Shown in pieces: positions 36,140 through 47,851 of a stretch of DNA of 64,000 bases. The notes under the pieces are model-generated. The model was given only the letters and a program-made list of their open reading frames with translations. It made no database searches and was not told the DNA's origin. Location: the NCBI RefSeq assembly GCF_000142905.1, contig NW_013657628.1, positions 1 to 64,000 of the forward strand, read 5' to 3'. Position 1 is the first letter of the stretch. The number at the start of each line of letters is the position of its first letter. Both the position numbers and the translations under genes were made by a program. This DNA comes from Thecamonas trahens ATCC 50062 (taxonomy: Eukaryota; Protista; Apusomonadida).

Positions 36140-37351
36140 TTACTCCTGCGCCTGCCGCGACCTCGAGTCCCAGGCAAACGAGATCGAAATAAGCGAGCAG
36201 CCGGTCGGCAGCCGATTACGATAGTGCGGGAGCTGCGGACCGGGGAAGATGACAAAGTCGCCAACGTCGAGGGCGAGCGCGGCCGACGCCGGGCCGAGCA
36301 GCGTCGACCGGATGAGGGTCATTGTCGTCGGCTCGCCGCCGAGCCCGGTAGCCTCGTCGCGGTTTGGATGGGTGTAGTCGACCGTGGTCGACATCGACCA
36401 CGCGTAGTTGGCCTTGTCGATGTGCAGGTCGAGCATCGAGTGCTCAGGATACAACAAGAGCAGCGGCCGCTCCGGCACCAGCTCCTCGCCTGTCACCGCT
36501 TCCATCACCCGCGTCATCTGGTAGTTGAGGTAGTTGGTGAACGGCTCGGCCCAGAGCATCTGGTGGCCGTCGAGCCGCGATTGCATCGAGTACCGCTTGA
36601 GCGCCTTGTCGCAATGAACCTGTAGCGCTGCGAGCTGTGCCACCGGAATGAGATCGCGTAGCAAGCAGTACCCGTTGGCCGCGAGGTCGGCCCGCGCCTG
36701 CGCGTACACCGCCTGCATCGCACTCTGTGCCCCGGCAAAGAACCGCTCAGTGTACAGCACCCGCGCCTGCAGCAGTCGCTGCAGCACCTCCTTGGGAATC
36801 CCCGCCACCTGCGCCGCCGAGAGCGCCTCGCCTGGCCCCGGAAGGCCGTCGACGACGTCGACCAGCGTGGCGTCGTCCATCGGGAGACCGTGGTAGAACA
36901 CCATGCCTGTCGCCGGATCCTCGATCCACACATAGTCTCCGGCAATGTCGTTGGCGCAAAGTGGCGGCTTGACCTTGCCCACCACGCTCGCCGGCAGCGT
37001 GAGCGCATGCTGCACCGCCAGTCCGTGGTTGACCATCACCACATCGTCGTCGCTCACCTCGACCGCCGCAAACGCCTCAGCCTCCCACGCCAGCACAATC
37101 CGTGGGTGTACGCCCGCCACCGTCGGCGGCAAGCCCGGCACCACCTCGCGTGTCGGATCCGCACCCTCCAGCGGCTTGGCCTCGGCCTTTCTCGGCTTGA
37201 GCAGCTCGTCACGCGAGAGGGCAGATGCCCGCACCCTCACGTAGTCGATCAGCAGCCGCACCGCGCCCGGCGAGCACATCCACCGCAGCGTGTTGATCTT
37301 GGCCTTGGGCGGACATGTCCAAAAGAACGTGCCCTGCGCCCCCATCATCAT
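36140..37351 (-). CDS. Putative 2-oxoglutarate/Fe(II)-dependent oxygenase, bacterial-type; 5' end uncertain
   Basis: Double-stranded beta-helix signature LLYPEHSMLDLHIDK (HxD), GDFVIFPGPQLPHYR (distal H), ISISFAW. A probable intron (donor GTACGG near 37494, acceptor near 37334) and an upstream exon near 37495-37600. Confidence 0.65.
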   Translation of the reverse strand: MMMGAQGTFFWTCPPKAKINTLRWMCSPGAVRLLIDYVRVRASALSRDELLKPRKAEAKPLEGADPTREVVPGLPPTVAGVHPRIVLAWEAEAFAAVEVSDDDVVMVNHGLAVQHALTLPASVVGKVKPPLCANDIAGDYVWIEDPATGMVFYHGLPMDDATLVDVVDGLPGPGEALSAAQVAGIPKEVLQRLLQARVLYTERFFAGAQSAMQAVYAQARADLAANGYCLLRDLIPVAQLAALQVHCDKALKRYSMQSRLDGHQMLWAEPFTNYLNYQMTRVMEAVTGEELVPERPLLLLYPEHSMLDLHIDKANYAWSMSTTVDYTHPNRDEATGLGGEPTTMTLIRSTLLGPASAALALDVGDFVIFPGPQLPHYRNRLPTGCSLISISFAWDSRSRQAQE

Positions 37352-38074
37352 CACCCCCTTACTCTGTGAGTCTCGCCCACTTGGTCCTCATGCCCCGGTT
37401 TGGGGGGGAAAGAGCGAGCGCCGCTTCGAGCCGGCCGCCAGCGACTCGATCCCTCCGCCATCGCCTCAACCGCCTCGCGTCACTCCAACCGTACCAGAAT
37501 CTCACCGGCATCCCGGATAAAGCCACGAAGTAGATATGCTGTGCCAGTGGCTGCCACGCCAACCGCCAGCAACTTTTTGTCCGCAAGTCCATCGCCTATG
37601 GCCAAGTGAGGTGCTCCCCGTCCTCGACTGTCGTCACGGCATCCGCTCCGCTCCGCCGCCCCCTCGCTTGCACGGGCGATCTCCCATCTCGCGCCCTTGT
37701 GCCGTCTCGCGCAGTCTCGCCTAGCTCCGCGCAGTCTCGCGCATGATCAAAACCCACGCATGCTCTCGCGCATACATCGCATCCATGTTCCTGCTCGCCC
37801 CCTCCGCCCCCCCCGTGCTACTGCCCTCGCACCATCTCCTGCCGCCATGCCATGATGCTACAGGAACAATGATCGGCCACAGCACAGGCCACACACGCCA
37901 CGATCTAGACCATCAACACCATGTTTACAGTATGTGTAACACAATGATGTGCGGTCGGCATGCGATCGCATCTTCCCCCCCCTCCCCCCCCCTTCCCCCC
38001 CCCCCTGCACTGCTTACCCTGTCTGTCGCTGTCCCACACTGACCCACTCACACTCGTCCCCTCCCACCACAACC

Positions 38075-39367
38075 ATGTCCGCCCCCTCTCCCAAGCGCAA
38101 GGCAGACAACGACCCATCTGCTCCGCCCATGACCAAGAAGCCCCGTGGTCTCTCGCCGGCTTCGTCTTCGTCGTCGTCGTCGTCGTCGTCGGCAGCAGCG
38201 GCGGCTGCTGGCGGGCCGTCGGCTGACGAGCTCTCGGCCACTGTCATGAGCCATCTCTCGGGCGCCATGGGCGGCATCATCGTCTTTGCAGGCTCACAAC
38301 TCGGCCTATTTGATGCGTTGGCTGCGTGCGGGCCCGCTACCGCCGCCAATCTGGCTACGGCTGTTGACCTCGACCCGCGATATGTGCTCGAGTGGCTCAA
38401 CGGCGCCGTGGCTGCGGGCTACGCGCAGTACAATGTGAGCAAGGCGACCGAGAAAGAGCTGGCTGCGGGTGTCGGTGGCGGCTCGGGCACATACTTTATG
38501 AACGAGGCCCAGATCGCGGCCATGGCCAACGTCTCGTCGCCGCGCTACTGCCGCCCGTTTTTCGATCTAGTCGTCGGCAACATCTTCCTTTACAACGATG
38601 TGGTGGCCAAGGGCTTCAAGGCCGGCGGCGGCATGCCGTTCTCGGCGTACAACCTCCACTCGACCATTGCCCAAGTCAACGCCAACACCTTTGCCAACGA
38701 TCTTATTCCGTGGATGGAAGCTATTCCGGGCCTCGTCGACCGCCTCCACACGCCCGGCACCCGCTTCCTCGACATCGGATGCGGCGAGGGCCAGGCCACG
38801 CTGGTCCTAGCCAAAGCATTCCCGGATGCCATTTTTGTCGGCCTCGACGCCGACCACGCCTCGATCATCAACGCCCGCGAGCATGCCTTCCAGGCCTCGC
38901 TCACAAACGCCTCCTTTGTCGAGGCCTCGCTCCGCGACTACCCTTCCATCCTCTCCGAGCCGACCTCGCGCTTTGGCTACGACATTGTCTGGGCGTACGA
39001 CACCCTCCACGACATCGGCGACCTAGAGCCCACCCTCCGTGCCATCCGTGCAGTCTGTCGCTCTCCGGACACCATGTTCATCTGGTCCGAGCCGTCCGGC
39101 TCGTCCAACCCCAACGACAACCGCCATCCGCGCGGCGTCATGCGTGCAGGCATCTCTCTCCTCCACTGCCTCCCCGTCGCCATCGGTCAAGACGGCGCCG
39201 GCACAGGCACTGTCATCGGCTCGCCGCCCGTCTTTGCCACCTACGCTAAGCGCGCAGGCTTTCTCGGCGTCGAAGAGCTCGACGTGCCCGACAAGACCAA
39301 CTACTTTTTCAAAGTCCTCCTCCCACCCACCCTCGACGAGCTCCGCGACGGCGTCGGCGGTGAGTAG
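38075..39367 (+). CDS. Class I SAM-dependent methyltransferase with N-terminal winged helix (Rv2258c-like)
   Basis: GSQLGLFDALA...LDPRYVLEWLNG (winged helix), FLDIGCGEG (motif I), FVGLD, YDTLHD, ISLLHCLPVAIGQDGAGTGTV. Confidence 0.9.
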   Translation: MSAPSPKRKADNDPSAPPMTKKPRGLSPASSSSSSSSSSAAAAAAGGPSADELSATVMSHLSGAMGGIIVFAGSQLGLFDALAACGPATAANLATAVDLDPRYVLEWLNGAVAAGYAQYNVSKATEKELAAGVGGGSGTYFMNEAQIAAMANVSSPRYCRPFFDLVVGNIFLYNDVVAKGFKAGGGMPFSAYNLHSTIAQVNANTFANDLIPWMEAIPGLVDRLHTPGTRFLDIGCGEGQATLVLAKAFPDAIFVGLDADHASIINAREHAFQASLTNASFVEASLRDYPSILSEPTSRFGYDIVWAYDTLHDIGDLEPTLRAIRAVCRSPDTMFIWSEPSGSSNPNDNRHPRGVMRAGISLLHCLPVAIGQDGAGTGTVIGSPPVFATYAKRAGFLGVEELDVPDKTNYFFKVLLPPTLDELRDGVGGE

Positions 39368-39681
39368 TACCACCTACCACTGGCCATCACTCGCCTTTCA
39401 CATCATCCATGCCTCTAAAAACGCCGAGTTCGCGCCCTAGCTCCCGCCCTTGGTCATGCACACGTGCACAGACCGTGAATGCTCAAAATCAGCCAAATAA
39501 GATATTCGGCCATTCGAAAAAAATGTCCGCGAACGAAGCACTCACAAAGCTGGCTCCACCACCTCTCCCCTCCCCCCCCCTTCCCCCCGCCTACCTTCCC
39601 TCCACCACCACCACCACCTCACGCCGTTGTGCTTCTCGGTTGTGGTGAGACGGTAGAGACGGTGGTGACATGCATTGGGCC

Positions 39682-42600
39682 ATGGTGGCAAGACGACCAC
39701 AATTGGTCACCCGACTGGTCGCTATCCTCACCCTCCTCCTCGCTCTTGCACTCAGTGTCACACCGCTGAAGGCATCTGCTGCTTCGTGCTCATTCACAAC
39801 TTTGTCTCTTCACACACCAAATGCCCTCGCTGCAGCTGCGTCCTTCCTAGCATCGGCTAATGGCCATGTCGTTCTTTGTCTTGGCGACTTTGTCCATGAT
39901 GATGCATGCTCTACTTTCCTGGCTCCGCATCCTGATGTCCTCTCTCTCGTCATCCGTCCGGCGACTCCCTCTGATGCTCCGCTCATCACGTGCCCTCCCT
40001 CGGCTACCCGCAACGCGATGCCTCCCTTGCTGGCATGGGACATGCCCATGAGCTCGGCGTTTACCATGGAGGGCATCGCCTTTGCTGACATTCGTCTCGC
40101 TAGCTCTCCTCTCATCAACCTCGACGTTCATCCGCACACTTCTGCCGTCCGCATCGCTGGTCTCACGCTGCGTAACGTGACCACCAGCCATGTCGACGGC
40201 CTTGTCCTTGTCCGCATGTTTGACTCGGATCCGTCGCCACCTCCGTTCTTGCCTGTTGCTGTCGACCTCGATGGGTGGTCGGTCGTCGATGTCGTCGTCC
40301 CCTCCTCCGCCGCCATTGTCTCGGTCGGCAGCGGACCGTCGTCCGGCTTGCTCGGCATCACGATCCCGCATGCTGTCTCGCTCTCTGGCTCGTCGTTTGC
40401 CTCGTCGGTCGGTGTTGCTCTCTATGCCGGTGGTGCCGCTCACGCAGCCTCGCTGCCAACTGCGGTCACTGACTGCTCGTTCTCGCAACTTCTCATGCCC
40501 GACCCTGTCGGGAGTGATCTCTCCTCGGCCGTCGTCGCCCTCGACACCGACCTCACCGTCGCCTACTCGACATTTACGCTCCTCACCTCGAAACAGGGCC
40601 CGGCGCTCTTCAGTCACGGCTTCATCGACATCACTGCCTCGTCCTTTGCCGCCAACTCGGCAAGCTCCGGCTCTGGAGGAGCCATCACGCTGCTTTTCGG
40701 TGCCAGCTTGCGCGCCACCACCACGATATTTGTCAACAACTCGGCACTTGCATCGTCGGCGGCTGGCGGCGCCATTTCAGCCAACTCTTCCCCGATGACC
40801 AGCGAGTATATCGAGCTCGGTGCCGGCTGTGTCTTGGAGGGCAACTCGGCGACCAACTACGGCGGCGCCGTCAACACCCAGCTTCCACTCATTGTTGCTG
40901 CAGATGTAGTCTTTATCCACAACTCGGCCGGCTATCATGGCGGCGCAGTCCGTGCCGCGCATACCACCGTTCTCCACGGCGGCGTTTTCATCTCCAACAC
41001 CGCCAACTACGGCGGCGGCATCTTCACACTTACCTCGTCGGCCGTGCTTTCTGCCGTCGGTGCCAGGTTTGAGAGCAACACGGCATTGTATTCTGGCGGC
41101 GCCATCAGCGCCGGCATCAGTACGACCCTCACTCTGGACGCATGTGTCTTTGAGGGAAATGCTGCATCGATGGCAACCGGAAAAGCCGGTGCTGTCCGCC
41201 TCCTCAGCACTTTGTCGCGGCACACTATTATCAACTCGACTTTTACCGGTAATGCTGCCGCTTACGGTGGCGCACTGGCTCTCGAGCCGTCCGCAGACGT
41301 CGCCGTTCTGGGTGGTCACTTTGTCGCCAACAGCGCAAGCCTCTTTGGTGGCGCTATTACCGCCACCTCGGCCGGCCTGGTTATCGTCGATGCTCATTTT
41401 GACGACAATACCGCGACCGCTATCGGCGGCGCGCTCGAGATCGGCTCGATGCTCCCTGACTCAACTGTCGTCAACTCCACCTTTGTCCGTCACTCGGCCG
41501 GCTCTGCGGGCGGCACCATCTACGTCGGGTCGGGTGCCTTTGTCCTGGACCACATTGTCGTCACCGACTCGGTCTCGGCCAACTCCGGCGCGCTCTTTGC
41601 CAACGCCGATATCACCATCTCCGGCTCCATCTTTTCATCGTGCTCATCGTCGTCAGACGGCGGCGCCATCTCGGCTGGTACCTCGGCGGTTGTCTCCATC
41701 TACGACTCGATTCTGTCTCACAACACAGCGGTCGGAAGCGGTGGTGCCATCTCGTCGTACGGCGAGCTCTCCATTGTCCGCTCGGTCGTCTCGGGCAACT
41801 CGGCCGGATCTCAGGGTGGCGCCATCTCCAATGCGCACTCGGCTGCTATGACCGTCGTCACCGAGCGACCGTGAGCGGCAACGTCGCCAGCATCGGCGGC
41901 GGCATGCGCATCGATGGCAATGCCACACTTGTCGGCTCGATCTTGGTCGGCAACACCGCACTCACTACCAGCGGCGGGAGCATTCACGCTCACGGTAGCC
42001 ATCTCGAGCTCATCGACTGTGTCATCCGCGACTCGTCGGCTGCCATGTCTGGCGGCGGCATCCACGTCAAGAACTCATACACCGTCCTTGTCGACGTAGT
42101 CGTTGAGAGCAACACTGCGGACAAGAGCTCGGGCCTCCGTGTGGACGACGTTGCTTTCGGCTCGCGGCTGGTGCGGACCGTGATCCGGAGCAACACGGCC
42201 CTAGCGGGCATGGCCACCGGAGCGGTGGAAGTCGTCGCCGCTCAGCTGCTATTTGTCGACTCTGCGGTGTGCGCAAATGCCGCCAGTGCGTGCACCACCA
42301 ACGTTGTCTGCATTTCCGGCGGAACAACGCCAGGCCTGGCCAATGGGTGCGGCGCCGCGCCCGATGCCTGCCTTCATGGCCGTGCCTCTTGCTCCGCCGT
42401 TCCGCTCGTTCCCAACTCTGCATGCACCTCGTGCAAACCGGGCTGGACCGGTCCCAGCTGCGACGTTCGCACACACTGCAACTCCGACACTGTCGCGGGC
42501 GCGCCGTGCTCTATCGCCGGCACAACGTGCACCTCATGTGAGGACGGATACGCCTTTAGCGATGCTACGCACTCGTCGTGTGCGCTCTGCCAGCATGGTC

Positions 42601-44402
42601 AGTTTTACGAGGGGTCAACCCAGCCGTGCGGGAACTGTGCTGCCTCTTGTGCAACTTGCCACGGTACCGCCATCAACTGCACCTCGTGTGGTGCCGGGTG
42701 GAACCTTGTGGGCAATTCATGCGTACTGGTACCATCGCCGCCGCCGCCGCCACCGCCGTCGTCGATGTCATCATCACCGCCACCGCCGCCGCCGGTCACG
42801 ATCTGCCCGGGCAACGACACGGTCGATGAGTGCGGCATGTGCTCGGGCCCGGTCTCGGGCCACGTCGCCGGCGCCGATAAGGATGTATGTGGCGTGTGTT
42901 TCGGCGATGGCAGCGGGTGTGGCGGTGGCAGCGATGGGTCGAAATCGGGCTCGGGATCAGTGTCTTCGAGTGACATGGTGCTTGCGGTTGGGTTCTCCGT
43001 GAGCGGGATGTGTGTGGTGGTCTGCGTTCTCGGCGTCGGGTGCTACCGGCGGCGGGCGCAAGTTAGGGCGGCCTTTCAGGCTCGCGACTTTCCGACGCGG
43101 GAGACCAAGATGCCGGGTGGCCATGTGGCGCTGCTGGCCACCGAGGTGCAGAGCGTCGAGTACTTTGCCAGTGCGTACCCGGAAGCGATGACACAGGCCA
43201 TGGCCGACCATGATGCGCTCATCAACTCTGTGGCATGGGAGCATGAAGGCTACGTCGCCGCCAACAAGAACGGCTGCTTCTTAGTGGCCTTTCCCGAGTC
43301 GCGGGCGGCGTTCCTGGCAGCAATCTCTATCCAGCGCGGCTTGTTTGAGCTCCCGTGGCCGGCCGCTATCACCAGTGATGACAGGCTCATCTCAGATGGA
43401 GTGCTGTGGAACGGGCTGCGAGTCCGCATTGGGCTCCGGGTCTGCAAGCCCGCCATTGTCCACGACGCAACAAGCGGAGGGATGGTTTACAGCGGGCGCG
43501 GGTTGACCGAGGCACGGCTGTTATGCGGAGCTGCCAATGGTGGGCAGATTGTGGTCGACGATCTCGTGGCGGCTCGGGTCTCGGCCGGTGTAATGCCGCT
43601 TGGCCTCTTTGTCTCGCGCGACATGCCTGACTGGGAGGTCGAGCTGTTCCAGGCCAAGGTTGTCGGACTCCGCGAGCGCGACCACCCGGCGGAGCTGGCT
43701 GGCTTTGAGCGAATCGGTGACGTGAGCATGCCATCGTTGTACCAGTCGAGTGAGCTGAGGCAGGCCTTTGACGGCTCGTCGTCAGTTCTCATTTCGCCAC
43801 GCCCGCTTATCTCGGCTGATCCGCTCGACATTCTCACGGCACGGTCATCCAATTCGACTGGGCTGCTGCCCAACTCGACGTCTGACGGTGCACTTGCCGT
43901 GAGCCCGGCAAACGCGACTCGACGGCATCAACGGGTCTCGTCGCTTCTCCAAGGCTCAAAGTCGTCGGTCTCGCTCGAACGCATGTGCGATCCGCATGTC
44001 CGGCCGCCGCCGCGCAAGTCGCTCGACACCGCGTCCTCGCCAACGCAGGCTACAATGGCGGACGCTTACGGACCATCGCGCCAAGCAGCATTGCCCCCTG
44101 CCTCGCCACCGGCATCGCCACCAGCCTCTAATCGCCCGCGAAAGAGCCCCAGCACCGGAAGCAGCAGCAGCAAGCGGAGGTGGACGCCCGGCCCGTCGCC
44201 GAGGTCGTCGTCGTCGCGATCGACGCTAGTATCGGCGGGCAAGCCCCAGCAGAGAGGCTCGCAATCGCGGCGGCCAGTCAAGCGGAGGAGTTCGCGGCTC
44301 GCCAAGACGTCTCCGCGCTTCGGCAAAGGCAGTCCGCCTCGGGGCAAGAAGACCCCGTCGTCGCCGCGGAGCAGGAGCAGCGAGAAGGCGGCGCAGCGGT
44401 AA
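39682..44402 (+). CDS. Type I membrane receptor: beta-helix (GGAI/FxxN) repeats, EGF/furin-like repeats, TM, degenerate class III nucleotidyl cyclase; one apparent frameshift
   Basis: Signal peptide, then many FxxNxA..GGAI repeats that continue across a -1 shift near 41865. Cys-rich CKPGWTGPSC and CAASCATCHG, DECGMC/DVCGVCFGDG repeats, TM VLAVGFSVSGMCVVVCVLGV, cyclase fold ...LWNGLRVRIGL...GGQIV. Confidence 0.82.
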
Positions 44403-44449
44403 AAGAACACGGCTTCAATGAGAATGGGGGGGAGGGGGGGGGGGGCTGA

Positions 44450-47113
44450 TCAGGCCGAAGCCTGGAGCAGGCTCTCCTGCAGCTGGGCCACCCACTCGGC
44501 GTCAGCATCGGTCATGCCGTCAGCGAGTTCGAGACCGGACGAGCCGGCGGCGGCTGAAGAGCCAAGCGCAGCCTTGCGGGCCGCGGCGAGCGGGGGGGCG
44601 AGAGGGAGTGGCGGCGCGGGGGCAAAGACCGACGGCGCCGGCGCTTCTGCAGCGGGAAGGCCATCGAGGGCCGAGTGTGCCGGGAGTGGGAGCGAGGCGA
44701 CCGAGGCCATGATGGAGGCGACCGAGTCAGAGAGGACGGCAAGGCCAGCGCCAACCGAGGTGTGGTTTGCCAGCGAGAGGAGGAGGAGCGAGGTGGCGTC
44801 AGAAGTGGGGTCGTAGGAGGTAACGACGGCGGCGCGCGAGCCTGCGGCGTTGCGGTGGACCGAGTGGAAAGCGCAGTCGTTGATCTGCATGGTCTGGACG
44901 AGGCGGCCGGTGACCTTTGTGCGGATCTCGACAAAGTTGCGGGTGAAGGAGAGAATGTACGGGTCAATGAAGCATGTTGCGGTGGGGAGGGTGGTCCACT
45001 TGAGGGCAAAGTCCTGAGTGGTCACGCCCTTCACGTTGACAAACACGCCCTCGTCAGCAAAGACGAGCATGAGCTGGGCGTCGACAACACAGACAGCGAC
45101 AGGAGAGAGCTTGTCGTCCGAAGCGCGGAGCGGCGAGATGCTCGAGGTCTCGAGGTCGATGACCTCAAAGGCGTGGCCAAAGCCGATGACGAGGAACGAC
45201 TTGAAGAACTTGAGCACGGTGACAGTGGTGGGGAGAGTGTGCGACTGGGTGAGGACAAAGCCGGAGCCGGACCACTGAAAGACAAAGACGGCGCTGGAGC
45301 AGGCGACGGCGAGGAGTGGGGTGGTCGAGTAGGTGCCGTAGGCGAGAAGGGTGGCCTTTTTCATGGCCGGCGCGGTGAGGAGCGTCCCGCTGGAGGAGAG
45401 TCCGGCGGTGGCCGAGGCGAGCGAGAACACGTACGTCTGGCGCTTTTTGCCGAGAACGGCAACGGCGACGGCAATGTCCGAGACGACAACGAGCTCATGG
45501 ACGGGGCCGGCGTCGGAGAGGGGGGCATCTGCGGACGCGCCCGGTGTGCGGACAAAGAGGCCAGCGTCGGTGCCGTAGACGATGGACTCGCCATAAAAGC
45601 CGAGGGCGCGGATCTCGCCGGGGAACGACGAGCCGACAGGGGCAGCGTCAAAGATGTTGACGCTCTGCTTGGGCTTCCCACTCGCCTTGCCGCTCACCAT
45701 GGCTTCGATCTGCTTGCGAAGCGCCTGCTCCTTGGCCTGGTTGGTGACGCGGGCGCCCATGTAGGTGGAGACGATGTCGCCGAGCATGAGCTCCTTGGTC
45801 CGCTCCGAGAGCTTGACAAAGGCCTCCGAGTGCATGGCGCTCCGCTCGCCGTTGATCATCTTGGTGAGGAGCCACTCGCGGAAGTTTGCCCCGTGGGTAA
45901 AGACCGGCGGCTGCGGGAGGATGGGCATAAAGTACTTGACAGCCTCGTTGGCGGCGACGGCGACCTTGTACTGCGTCTGCCGCGACGCCTTGTTTGTCGG
46001 CTGGACAATGGCCCACACGTGGTTGAACTGCGACGAGATGCACTCGGTGTCAAAGGCGGTGCCCGAGTCCTCGTCGGCGTCAATAAAGACGATGACGACA
46101 ACGTCGTTGCCGATGTGCCGCTTCCGCTGGAGCTGCTGCGTCATCTCGGCACCCTCGCCCGGAGTAAAGGGGAGGCAGGTCGAGACGTGGAACATGACCT
46201 TGCACCCGTGGATCTCGGTGTAGTACGAAGTCTCGCCGGTGTTGCCGTACTTGGTGTCGAGCCCGGCGCGGTAGCCGTCCCACCCCGCGAGGGTGATTTC
46301 GTCGCCGAGGCACTGCAGGAACTCGGTAAAGGCTGGGCTCGGATGCTCGTTGCCAAACATGTCGGCCTCGTTGGTCTGTCCAGGCTTGACAAGGAGGACG
46401 CCAAACTTGTACTTGTCGATCGACTCCATGTCCTCGATCTTGAGAATGTCCTTCTGCATGGCCAAGTTCGAGACCTTCTTGAGCTTCTTGGCCAGCCGAG
46501 TGTAGCCCTTGCGGACAGCGCCAAGCAGATCCTTAAGCGGGAGCTTCTTGTTCTTGGGATTGGGCACCAGGTGGCGATCGGTGTTGTACTTTGTGATGAC
46601 AATGACCCGGTAGTGTGGATCATGAGCATCCGAGATCCGGAGCGTTGACACAACCACGTTGCCGTACTCTGCGTCTGCGTCTGCCACATAGTTGGTGTGC
46701 TCTGCGCCCACAAAGTACTTTGCATACCAGGTAATGTCAAAGTTGGGATCCTCCAACGCGTATACGCCTGTCGAGCTTGCCGATGCCGACCGCGACCGCC
46801 TCTTTGACCTTCTCTTGAGCTTGGAGAGTATGTCCCCACCACTTCCCCCGCCACCACTCTTTTCGCCATCGCTGCCGTCCCTATGTTCGCCCGCTGCCCT
46901 CCGAGCCGCCGAGCCCAAGTCAGACGCGCCCAGCTCGGCAATGTCTGCGTCTCCGTCCTCGTACCAGAACCCGTTCTTGCGCACATACAAAGACGACGAG
47001 TTGGACGTGCCCTGTGCACGGAGGTAGAGGGGGGGGGGGTTAGTGTGTGGGTGGAGGGGGGGGGGAGGAGGGAGGGAGGGAGAGGGAGCGGGTCAGTGGC
47101 GTACGGTGGCCAT
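44450..47113 (-). CDS. GARNL3: RapGAP plus CNH domain protein (GARNL3-like), 2 exons
   Basis: Micro-exon ATG GCC ACC at 47113-47105 (donor GTACGC), exon 2 47011-44450. RapGAP YKFGVLLVKPGQ, MFHVSTCLP, QRKRHIGNDVVVIVF, SQFNHV, LLTKMINGE. C-terminal CNH. Confidence 0.88.
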
Positions 47114-47851
47114 GGTCGTTGTTCGTTGGCGTGCGAAAAGTGGCGTGGCATCTGGCGAATGGGGGCAGAGTAGGTGGCGATGGGGGGGGGGGGGNNNNNN
47201 NNNNNNNNNNNNNNNNNNNNNNNNNNNNNNNNNNNNNNNNNNNNNNNNNNNNNNNNNNNNNNNNNNNNNNNNNNNNNNNNNNNNNNNNNNNNNNNNNNNN
47301 NNNNNNNNNNNNNNNNNNNNNNNNNNNNNNNNNNNNNNNNNNNNNNNNNNNNNNNNNNNNNNNNNNNNNNNNNNNNNNNNNNNNNNNNNNNNNNNNNNNN
47401 NNNNNNNNNNNNNNNNNNNNNNNNNNNNNNNNNNNNNNNNNNNNNNNNNNNNNNNNNNNNNNNNNNNNNNNNNNNNNNNNNNNNNNNNNNNNNNNNNNNN
47501 NNNNNNNNNNNNNNNNNNNNNNNNNNNNNNNNNNNNGGGTGGAGGGAGGAGGGGAGGTTAATGAGGGGGGGGGGGGGGGGGTATGTGTGTGTGCGTATCT
47601 GCGTGCCTGGCTGCGTGTGGGAAGGGGGAGCGGCGGGCTGTGTCGCTGTGTCGCTGTGGCGCTCTTGCGCTGTGGCGTTGCGGGCTGCGTGTCGCAAAAA
47701 AGGTGGCAGGCAGGAGGGGGGAGGGTGGAGGAGGGGGGAGGGGGTAGTGTGGGAGTTGGGAGGGGGCTGTGGTGACGGGGAGTGATATGGAGGAAGACGA
47801 AAGGGGGTACTCACTCTGGTGGGAATTGTGGCTCTGTGCGGTGGAGAATAG

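Noticed and set aside
41872-41874. TGA in the beta-helix receptor as a second Sec or readthrough site
   Set aside because: Homologous repeats continue in a different frame, so this is a frameshift rather than in-frame recoding. No SECIS was seen downstream.
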